Below are positions 1-7,939 of a stretch of DNA of 64,000 nucleotides, piece by piece. Every line of letters begins with the position of its first letter. The first letter of the stretch is position 1. The notes beneath the pieces are model-generated. The model was not told the origin of the DNA, did not search any database, and worked only from the letters and a program-made list of their open reading frames with translations. Made by a program: the position numbers and the translations under genes. The DNA is from Candidatus Latescibacterota bacterium. GTDB taxonomy: Bacteria; Latescibacterota; UBA2968; GCA-2709665. The stretch spans positions 2,624,001 through 2,688,000 of the forward strand of contig OZ220733.1 in the NCBI GenBank assembly GCA_965116875.1, read 5' to 3'.

Positions 1-1
1 C

Positions 2-100
2 ACCATCAGCAAACAGAGACTAAAACGACGGATTGACAATCTGCTCGCCGAAGAAGCGGCACAACTCCGCCGCCTCATCACGGAGATGTACGGGGAATAG
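2..100 (+). CDS. 3' end of a CDS truncated by the window edge (TISKQRLKRRIDNLLAEEAAQLRRLITEMYGE*)
   Basis: Open frame from base 2 to TAG at 98-100; too short to assign a product. Confidence 0.5.
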   Translation, partial: TISKQRLKRRIDNLLAEEAAQLRRLITEMYGE

Positions 101-306
101 TAACGATCATGGAAGGGTGCGGATCCAACTGCCGCAGTAAACAAGTTTGCTCGAAATGAGATGAGGGTTCTCCTGCGCAATAAGGTCATTAATATACCGC
201 AGCGAATCTGACGTAAGAAAATCGGCGTGGTCGATTCGTCGACTGAGCTGGCCGGTCCTCATTGATCGAGGATCGGCTTTTTTGTCGATCGCCTGCGCAA
301 GCCAAC

Positions 307-344
307 TTGATTCCAGGGTGAATATAGACTATATTGGACTATAT
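307..344 (+). promoter_or_regulatory. Sigma70-like promoter and probable operator of the Phd-VapC operon
   Basis: TTGATT(307-312)-17 bp-TATATT(330-335); overlapped by ATATAGACTATAT near-palindrome and GACTATAT direct repeats (327-334, 337-344); GAGGAG RBS downstream. Confidence 0.6.
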
Positions 345-362
345 CGGTTGAGAGGAGATTAA

Positions 363-647
363 ATGACCACACAATATGACAAGCCAGGCCGGGTCTGGAC
401 GGTCGCGGAGGCAAAGGCCCGCCTGTCGGAAATCCTGCGCCTTTCCGTAGACGAAGGCCCGCAGCGCATCGGCGTGCGGAAATCCTACGTCGTGGTGCCC
501 GAGCATATATGGAAGGCTCAGGCGTCACCGCGCAAGCCGCTTGGCCGGTGGTTGATTGACAACATGCCGCGCGGCACGAATCTCGATATTCCTGCAGATC
601 GAATATCCCGGCGGGAGATCCCGTTCGAAGGCAGAGACACCGGATGA
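363..647 (+). CDS. Type II TA antitoxin, Phd/YefM family
   Basis: WTVAEAKARLSEILR..EGPQRI Phd-like N-terminus; ATGA overlap with the PIN toxin gene. Confidence 0.85.
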   Translation: MTTQYDKPGRVWTVAEAKARLSEILRLSVDEGPQRIGVRKSYVVVPEHIWKAQASPRKPLGRWLIDNMPRGTNLDIPADRISRREIPFEGRDTG

Positions 648-1063
648 ACGGGTTTCTCCTGGACACCAACGTCGTATCCGAATTGACCAGAAGCACGCCC
701 GACACGCGGGTGATGGCATTCCTGGCCGCGCATCACGACCTTTGGTTGTCGGCCGTAGTCGTGCATGAGTTGGAGTTCGGCTTGCAGCTGTTGCCTCACG
801 GACAACGGCGTGACCTCTTGAGCGCCGCGCTGGCGGGGATTGTCGACGAATACCAGGACCGCATCCTGCCAATCGACAGGGAAGGCGCAGAGTGGGCAGC
901 GTTCTTTCGTTCGCAGGCGCATCGCGGCGGACGGGTGCTGGACCTGGGGGATGCGCTCATCGCCGGGACCGCCCGGGCACACGATCTGTCGGTTGCAACC
1001 AGAAACGTTGCCGATTTCAGCGGCCTGGACGTCAACGTCATCAATCCCTGGGAACCGCGGTGA
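644..1063 (+). CDS. vapC: Type II TA toxin, VapC/FitB PIN-domain RNase
   Basis: FLLDTNVVSE, ELEFG, DALIAGTA, TRNVADF PIN motifs. Confidence 0.92.
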   Translation: MNGFLLDTNVVSELTRSTPDTRVMAFLAAHHDLWLSAVVVHELEFGLQLLPHGQRRDLLSAALAGIVDEYQDRILPIDREGAEWAAFFRSQAHRGGRVLDLGDALIAGTARAHDLSVATRNVADFSGLDVNVINPWEPR

Positions 1064-1078
1064 CGGGGAGAGGAACGA

Positions 1079-1166
1079 GGGCACCCCTTGTGGGCGCCCG
1101 CCTGTCTCGACATCCGAATAATTGCCTTGGATAACACATTCGTAGGGGCGCCCCTTGTGGGTGCCC
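1079..1166 (+). repeat. GTAG-type REP module: partial REP, 42-bp linker, full REP
   Basis: GGGCACCCCTTGTGGGCGCCC, linker GCCTGTCTCGACATCCGAATAATTGCC..ATAACACATTC, then GTAGGGGCGCCCCTTGTGGGTGCCC (1142-1166); same module at 15341-15499 and 16466-16557. Confidence 0.9.
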
Positions 1167-1352
1167 GGTTTATTTTCTGCCAACGAATCCTTGACAACAT
1201 CCCGTAAAGTAACTATATGACTTCTGTACCTGAAAGAATTGAACAGAGGTTCGCAATATGGCAAAGTCGAACGTGAAACATATTTCAATTCAATCCGCGG
1301 ACTCTCACCCGACTGTCGCTGATTACGGTCCGATTCAACAGGAGAACGTCTG

Positions 1353-1661
1353 ATGATTTCGATTGTCGAGGAAAAGGTCGACGAACTGCAGCGACTCTGT
1401 GTCCGTTACCGCGTACAGAAGCTTGATCTTTTCGGCTCAGCTGCCGGGGACAAATACCAGGGTGGCGACAGCGACCTGGACTTCCTTGTTGAATTCGAGA
1501 CCCTGCATTCGGGAGAATATGCCGACGCCTACTTTGGGCTACTTGAGGCTCTGGAACTGTTGTTTGGACACCGTGTTGACCTTGTTGTCGATTCGGCAAT
1601 CAAGAACCCTTTCTTCCGACAGCGTGTCGACGAGACCAGGACACCGCTCTATGCGGCTTGA
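1353..1661 (+). CDS. Minimal nucleotidyltransferase (MNT/MntA-type antitoxin)
   Basis: LFGSAA..DSDLDFLVEF and RVDLV motifs; 102 aa; AGGAG RBS. Confidence 0.9.
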   Translation: MISIVEEKVDELQRLCVRYRVQKLDLFGSAAGDKYQGGDSDLDFLVEFETLHSGEYADAYFGLLEALELLFGHRVDLVVDSAIKNPFFRQRVDETRTPLYAA

Positions 1662-1683
1662 AGCACTCAAATATCTGTACGAC
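1651..1683 (+). pseudogene. 5' remnant of a HepT/DUF86 HEPN toxin gene
   Basis: ATG overlapping the MNT end gives MRLEALKYLYD, a typical DUF86 start; the frame then runs into unrelated repeat sequence with no Rx4-6H motif. Confidence 0.65.
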
Positions 1684-1747
1684 AAACAGAATAACGCGGA
1701 TGAACTGGCAAAAGCGGCTCCAATTGCGTACCGCAGAATTCAATTGT

Positions 1748-1850
1748 GTGTTTTGACGGCCACTTGTGGCCAACAAACTGATTTGATTGCCAAAAAATAT
1801 AGAAAGTGGCCAACAAATCGGTTTGTTGGCCGTAGACGACCCACAACGAC
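1748..1850 (+). repeat. Imperfect direct repeat, copy 1 (upstream of fic), containing TGGCCAACAAA/TTTGTTGGCC palindromes
   Basis: Colinear with 3061-3163; identical 15-mer GTGTTTTGACGGCCA and identical AAAGTGGCCAACAAA. Confidence 0.8.
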
Positions 1851-1956
1851 TGTCCCTTAAGCATGTATGGAAGTAGGACGCTGCTTTTCTACAATGGCCG
1901 CGTAATTGCTAAGATGGTTGCGGCCCTGGTATGCAATCCAGGCTTGGATACGTTAT

Positions 1957-3069
1957 ATGACGCCTGTCCAATACCACGCCGGTCGTTTCCCTCCCGAAAA
2001 TCTCGACTGGTCAGCGCTCATTCCACTCATTGGCCCGGCCGCGGCGGCGGTGGCACGTTACGACGGTACACTTGCCACCATCCCAAACACCGGGATTCTG
2101 CTTGCGCCGCTGACAACCCAGGAAGCCGTGCTATCCTCGCGCATTGAGGGCACTCAGGCAACGATGGGCGAGGTGCTGGAGTTCGAAGCCGGACGGGAGC
2201 CGGATTCTCCCGCACGCAGAGAGGATATTCACGAAATAATCAACTATCGCACCGCCATGCGGCGGGCGGAAGAATTGCTGGTAAAGTTGCCGCTTTCCAA
2301 TCGAGTAATTCGCGAAGCCCACAAGGAGCTATTGGCCGGTGTAAGGGGAGAAAGTAAATCTCCGGGAGAATTTCGTCGCGTTCCCAATTGGATTGGCCCT
2401 CCTGGATGCACCCCAGATGAAGCCAAGTTTGTGCCGATTGGGGCGGACAAGCTTCCCGAGGCAATGAGTGCGTGGGAACGTTACATCCACATGGATGCGG
2501 CCGACCAATTGGTTCAACTCGCTATTTTGCACGCCGAGTTCGAAGCCCTGCACCCGTTCCTGGATGGCAACGGCCGTCTTGGGCGAATGCTGGTACCGCT
2601 GTTCCTGTGGCAATGTGGCCTTATACGATCTCCCATGTTTTACATCAGCGCTTTCTTTGAAACCCACCGTGACGCCTACTACGACGGGTTGCTTGCTGTT
2701 TCGAGTGACGACGACTGGACCGGATGGTGCCGGTTTTTCCTCGAAGCAGTCCGGGTTCAAGCTCAGGACAACTTGAAAAAAGCACAGGGCATTATCGACC
2801 TCTACGAAGAGATGAAGCGGCGCGTGGCCGACCTCACACAATCCCGCTATGCAGTGCATGCACTGGACTGGATCTTTGAACGTCCGGTTTTCCGCAGTTC
2901 TGATTTTGCGGCTTCCGCAGGGTTTGCTGGCAGGACTGCACGGCGGATACTGGATGTCTTGTGCGAAGGGCATGTCCTGCAGGTGTTTCATCACGGAAGG
3001 GGCCGCCAGGCAGCTGTTCTCGCATTTCCCGAACTTATAAACGTCGCAGAAGGCAGAAAGGTGTTTTGA
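1957..3069 (+). CDS. Fic family protein (AMPylase, class II-like) with probable C-terminal HTH
   Basis: Canonical HPFLDGNGRLGR motif; N-terminal inhibitory SSRIEG motif; ATG 1957 preferred to the ORF-track start at 1906. Confidence 0.92.
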   Translation: MTPVQYHAGRFPPENLDWSALIPLIGPAAAAVARYDGTLATIPNTGILLAPLTTQEAVLSSRIEGTQATMGEVLEFEAGREPDSPARREDIHEIINYRTAMRRAEELLVKLPLSNRVIREAHKELLAGVRGESKSPGEFRRVPNWIGPPGCTPDEAKFVPIGADKLPEAMSAWERYIHMDAADQLVQLAILHAEFEALHPFLDGNGRLGRMLVPLFLWQCGLIRSPMFYISAFFETHRDAYYDGLLAVSSDDDWTGWCRFFLEAVRVQAQDNLKKAQGIIDLYEEMKRRVADLTQSRYAVHALDWIFERPVFRSSDFAASAGFAGRTARRILDVLCEGHVLQVFHHGRGRQAAVLAFPELINVAEGRKVF

Positions 3070-3163
3070 CGGCCATTCATGTCCCACAACGGACGTTGTT
3101 GGCCATTAAATAGAAAAAGTGGCCAACAAAACGTGTTGTTGGCCATAGCTGTCCAACAAACGT
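3061..3163 (+). repeat. Imperfect direct repeat, copy 2 (begins in the last fic codons)
   Basis: Same layout as 1748-1850, with several TTGTTGGCCA/TGGCCAACAA half-sites. Confidence 0.8.
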
Positions 3164-3291
3164 TGATTCTGAAGAGTCCCGAGTCGAAACGCTTCAATAC
3201 GCGCCCGAGATCCCCTTGGCCGTTGAATGCAAAACTGAAACGCAGTTGATGTTCATGAATCTTGTTTGCTTGTAAGAAAGAACCGATCAAT

Positions 3292-6078
3292 ATGCGCCTA
3301 TCCTGGAATGAAATTCGTACCCGCGCCGCCAATTTTGCACGAGAGTGGAAGGACTCGGGGTACGAAAAGGGCGAGACGCAGAGCTTTTACAACGAATTCT
3401 TCGAGATATTCGGCGTAAAACGTCGCACGGTCGCGCGCTACGAGGAGCAGGTCAAACGCCTGGATGACTCCAGCGGATTCATTGATCTGTTCTGGCCGGG
3501 CGTATTGCTTGTTGAGCAGAAGAGCGCGGGACGTGATCTGGAAAAGGCACGCGAACAGGCAGACGCCTACTTCGACGCCTTGCCAGCGCACGAGCAACCA
3601 CGGTACCAGATGCAATGTGACTTTCAGACCTTCGAAATGATCGACCGGGACGAACGAGAGGAAGTGCGTTTTGCACTTGCAGATTTGCCGGATAACGTAG
3701 AAAAGTTCGGCTTTATTCTCGGCGTTCAGAAAAGGACGTTTAAGGACCAGGACCCGGTCAACATCGCAGCGGCGGAACGCGTCGGCCATCTCCACGACGC
3801 GCTGGCCGCTTCAGGCTACACCGGACACGACCTGGAACAATTCCTCGTTCGCATTGTGTTCTGTTTCTTTGCGGACGACACCGGCATCTTCGAGCCACGG
3901 GACATCTTTCTGGATTACCTGGAAAACCGTACGAGTGAAGACGGGTCGGATCTTGGCAGCCGCCTGATGCATCTGTTCCAGGTTCTCAACACGCCCGAAG
4001 ACCGGCGCGTTAAGACGCTCGATGAAGACCTCGACCGCTTCCCATACGTCAATGGCGAACTGTTTCGTGACACGCTTCCCATTCCGTCATTCGATTCTGA
4101 GATGCGCAGGAAGTTGATTGACGCTTGCAATTTCAATTGGTCGAGCATCTCACCGGCGATTTTTGGCTCGTTGTTTCAGTCGGTTATGGAGAAGGACCAA
4201 CGGCGCCGGCAGGGCGCGCACTACACCACCGAACAGAATATCCTCAAAGTAATCGAGCCGCTGTTCCTCGACGAATTGCGTGAGGAGTTCCGCACACTGA
4301 GGGCACGCCGGGACACTCGCCGCATTCCGGCACTTCACACCTTCCGGCAACGGCTGCGCGACCTGCGCATTCTCGACCCTGCCTGTGGCTGCGGAAATTT
4401 CCTCATCATCGCGTACCGCGAGTTGCGCGCGTTGGAAATCGAGGTACTCAGAGAGATTCACCCCAAGACCCAGACGGACGTCTTTGCCACCCAGCTTGTA
4501 ATTGTCAACGTCGATCAGTTCTACGGCATCGAGTTGGGGGAATTTCCGGCACGCATCGCCGAGGTGGCGCTGTGGATGATGGACCACATTATGAATGTCC
4601 GTTTGAGCCTCGAGTTTGGTGAGACATTCGCTCGCATTCCACTGGAGAAGGCGCCGCATATCCGGCAGGGCGACGCGCTCGAATTCGATTGGTCCGAACT
4701 TCTACCTGCGGAAGGATGTTCCTACGTACTTGGCAATCCGCCGTTTGTCGGGGCAAAATTCCAATCTCAAGAACAGCGTGAACAGGTACGCCGAATCGCC
4801 GCGCTGGGCAATAGCGGCGGCACGCTCGACTACGTCACGGCTTGGTTCATCAAGGCCGGAAAGTACGTAGAAAAAAGCTCGGCGCGAATCGGCTTTGTGG
4901 CGACCAATTCGATCACACAGGGCGAACAGGTCGCGCAACTCTGGCCGATTTTGTTCGAACGTCATCAAATGGATATCGCGTTCGCCCACCGCACCTTTGC
5001 CTGGGGTTCGGATGCGCGTGGCATGGCGCACGTTCACGTCGTGATCATCGGATTGTCCAAACCGGCAGATGCACCGAGACAGAAACGTTTGTTTTCATAC
5101 GAATCAGTCAATGGTGATCCGGAACAGACTCAACACGCGGTTCTTTCGCCGTACCTTTTCGACGCAAGCGGGTTGACAGATCGGCGAGTTGTTGTAAGGG
5201 AGGAACATGTACCTATCAATGGGCTACCGAAGCTGATTATCGGTTCGAAGCCTATTGATGGAGGCCACTACATTTTCAAAGCCGACGAACGCGAGGCCTT
5301 TCTCAGCCAGGAACCGGATGCTGACCCCTATCTGCGACCCTTCGTCGGAAGCCGCGAATTTCTGCAAGGCGGAATGCGCTGGATATTGCATCTGGCCGAC
5401 GTGCCACCTCAGATACTCAAGACTCTTCCGAAAGTTAGGGAACGCATAGCTGCCGTTCGTGACTATCGGTTGGCGAGCAAGAGCAAGCCAACCCAATCGC
5501 TCGCAATGACGCCAAAGCTCTACCATGTTAACGTCATTCCTAATGCGCCATTCCTGGTCGTTCCGGAGGTTAGTTCCGAACGGCGTGACTACATCCCAAT
5601 CGCATGGCTTGAGCCGCCAGTGATTCCGAGTAATCTCGTCCGCATTGTTGAGAATGCCAGCAAACCTCTTTTCGCACTCCTCACCTCCGCCATGCATGTA
5701 GCCTGGATGCGCCACATCGGCGGTCGGCTAAAGAGCGATTATCGCTATTCAATTGGCCTTGTTTATAATACGTACCCGGTGCCCCCAGTCCCGCCAGAAC
5801 GACTGGATCGCATTTCGTCGTATGCAGAAGCCGTTCTCGCCGCTCGCGCCAACCATCCAGAAGCAACACTGGCCGACCTGTACGACCCAGACCTCATGCC
5901 TCCCGACCTCCGCAAGGCCCATCAGGCTCTGGACCGTGCCGTCGACAAGCTCTATCGGCGGTCCGGCTTCACCTCCGAGCGCGAGCGCGTGGAACACCTG
6001 CTCGGACTGTACGAAAAAATGGTCGCGCCGGTGACTGCGATGGTGAAACCGAAGCGGCGACGGCGCAAGGCCAAATAG
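3292..6078 (+). CDS. MmeI/YeeA-like Type IIL/IIG restriction-modification enzyme (fused nuclease, m6A methyltransferase and TRD)
   Basis: IDLFWPGVLLVEQK nuclease motif, GAHYT, LDPACGCGNFL (motif I), GNPPF (motif IV), C-terminal TLADLYDP..LRKAH..LDRAVD MmeI signature. Confidence 0.92.
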   Translation: MRLSWNEIRTRAANFAREWKDSGYEKGETQSFYNEFFEIFGVKRRTVARYEEQVKRLDDSSGFIDLFWPGVLLVEQKSAGRDLEKAREQADAYFDALPAHEQPRYQMQCDFQTFEMIDRDEREEVRFALADLPDNVEKFGFILGVQKRTFKDQDPVNIAAAERVGHLHDALAASGYTGHDLEQFLVRIVFCFFADDTGIFEPRDIFLDYLENRTSEDGSDLGSRLMHLFQVLNTPEDRRVKTLDEDLDRFPYVNGELFRDTLPIPSFDSEMRRKLIDACNFNWSSISPAIFGSLFQSVMEKDQRRRQGAHYTTEQNILKVIEPLFLDELREEFRTLRARRDTRRIPALHTFRQRLRDLRILDPACGCGNFLIIAYRELRALEIEVLREIHPKTQTDVFATQLVIVNVDQFYGIELGEFPARIAEVALWMMDHIMNVRLSLEFGETFARIPLEKAPHIRQGDALEFDWSELLPAEGCSYVLGNPPFVGAKFQSQEQREQVRRIAALGNSGGTLDYVTAWFIKAGKYVEKSSARIGFVATNSITQGEQVAQLWPILFERHQMDIAFAHRTFAWGSDARGMAHVHVVIIGLSKPADAPRQKRLFSYESVNGDPEQTQHAVLSPYLFDASGLTDRRVVVREEHVPINGLPKLIIGSKPIDGGHYIFKADEREAFLSQEPDADPYLRPFVGSREFLQGGMRWILHLADVPPQILKTLPKVRERIAAVRDYRLASKSKPTQSLAMTPKLYHVNVIPNAPFLVVPEVSSERRDYIPIAWLEPPVIPSNLVRIVENASKPLFALLTSAMHVAWMRHIGGRLKSDYRYSIGLVYNTYPVPPVPPERLDRISSYAEAVLAARANHPEATLADLYDPDLMPPDLRKAHQALDRAVDKLYRRSGFTSERERVEHLLGLYEKMVAPVTAMVKPKRRRRKAK

Positions 6079-6233
6079 GACTGGCGGATCAGAACGATAG
6101 CTCAAACAGGGATGAACTTACTTCGTGACGAAATGGACTCGAAACATTTCAGCAGGAACTCTCACAAATCAGCAGAGTTTCGTATAACACGGACTGTTCT
6201 GGACTGCAAGACCGTGCAGGCTGTGGAGACCGC

Positions 6234-7637
6234 ATGACATCTGGCGGAATTGCTGACGATGATTGGGTGGACAGACTCGCTCAAGTTCTTCCGAAACTCG
6301 CGAAGGTGCAGGAACCATTTCTTCGCGAGTATTGGGAGCAGAATGCGGGTGTTCGTGTCGTATATGACCGACGGTCTGGCAAACCGGTTTTTCCATTGGA
6401 CGATCTGCGCGATCTCTATGCGATAGCGCGCCATAGCAACGAGTTGGGCGCACGAAAACATTACGCGCCCCTACTCCGTGCGTTAGATCCCGCGCGGCAT
6501 ATCCTGCTTTCTCATCCCGTGTTAGCGCAGGTTGTGGGCCCGATTATTGGCAGAGACAACTTCTGGATGCAGATCCTGAACGGAGGCACTTCGATCAGTC
6601 CGACGGACTTGATTGCGGGACTGTTCGCACGTGCCCATGAACTGTCCGATGACAGCTTCCGGCAAGCTGCGAGCGAAATGAAAGCGTTACTCGATCCGGG
6701 CGTCGAACGCGGGACGCTCTCCCTGCCGGGCGGTTTGGATGTCGGATACAATATGACCCTGTTTTACGGCCTGACCGTGACGGAGATTGCGAATGTCGGG
6801 GAAGGTATCGCGATTCTGCCGTACGAGGATGTGGCGCCGTTCGTGGACGAGAACTGGATAGACGAACTCGCTCCGGACGGCGCCGGGTTTCACCGCTGGC
6901 GGTCAGTCGGAGCGGTGGTGAGACCGTTCCGGTGGAAGCCGCTGTTCAGCCGATCTGGCTACGAACGGGAGCCGGTGTTGCAAAATCCCAAGTCGTTTTT
7001 CCGGGACGCACGGATCCTTCTGGATCTCCTTGCCCTAGCCCACGAGGCGCCAGTCGTGCCTCTGGCAGAATCGTCCTATTGTATCAACCGGTCCACAGGC
7101 CGACTCCTGGGTCGGGATGGTCAAGGGCACGGTGCCTCATGGCGGAATCCGGCCAAGAACATCGAAGGATTCGAAGAATGTCCGGAGCTGGCGCTAGAAC
7201 CGCTTGCCGAAGCGAAGGAAGCCTTCGACAACCGTAAGAGCCAGCAATATAACTGGATGGCACCCGTCGTCGGCTGGCTCGCTGAGGCGCTCGGGCGATC
7301 CGGACGTTTTGCTGCCGAACTCAGGGTTGTCGAAGTTGCGATCGCTCTTGAACGCATGTACGAAATAAATGAGCGTGGAATTTCGCGCCATTTGCAAAAC
7401 AAGATATCTCGCGTCCTAGGAACCGATGACGAAAGTCGAGAAAAGATCAAGGTGAAGGTAAAGGAATTTTACGACGCCCGGTCGGAAATCGTCCACGGGA
7501 GAAGGGACAAGTTGAATCCTCTCCGGACCGACGCGGCCTTCTTCAAGGGATTCAGTATCGCCAGGCAGTCTGTGTTCAAGCTCCTGCGCGAGGGATCTCC
7601 CGAAGACTGGGAAGCGTTAGTGCGAGACGAAAAGTGA
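6234..7637 (+). CDS. HEPN-domain protein (ApeA-like C-terminal HEPN RNase) with an unrecognised N-terminal region
   Basis: IALERMY..ISRVLG..FYDARSEIVHG with an intact Rx4H motif near the C-terminus. Confidence 0.8.
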   Translation: MTSGGIADDDWVDRLAQVLPKLAKVQEPFLREYWEQNAGVRVVYDRRSGKPVFPLDDLRDLYAIARHSNELGARKHYAPLLRALDPARHILLSHPVLAQVVGPIIGRDNFWMQILNGGTSISPTDLIAGLFARAHELSDDSFRQAASEMKALLDPGVERGTLSLPGGLDVGYNMTLFYGLTVTEIANVGEGIAILPYEDVAPFVDENWIDELAPDGAGFHRWRSVGAVVRPFRWKPLFSRSGYEREPVLQNPKSFFRDARILLDLLALAHEAPVVPLAESSYCINRSTGRLLGRDGQGHGASWRNPAKNIEGFEECPELALEPLAEAKEAFDNRKSQQYNWMAPVVGWLAEALGRSGRFAAELRVVEVAIALERMYEINERGISRHLQNKISRVLGTDDESREKIKVKVKEFYDARSEIVHGRRDKLNPLRTDAAFFKGFSIARQSVFKLLREGSPEDWEALVRDEK

Positions 7638-7939
7638 AGAATTGACAAAAGGCGCGCACCGCGTTGGAATACTAGGGATTCGATAGGATGCAAGATTGAC
7701 GGTGCTTCGATACAAGCGAAGATTCAGCTGCCTGACGGCTTCCAGTTTGAAGTCTGTTTAGTTACTCGAAACTCAATCCGTACACGAAACAAGCAGAATT
7801 AATGATGAGCGCCCCTATGCAACAGTGTACTACCGATACGATCACAGCGGAAATCCCAAGGACAAGAGAAACTCAAATCCAATAGTCCCATTGTTCCTTC
7901 AGATTACGTATCGGTGAATCTATCTTTTCGAGCAGCACT

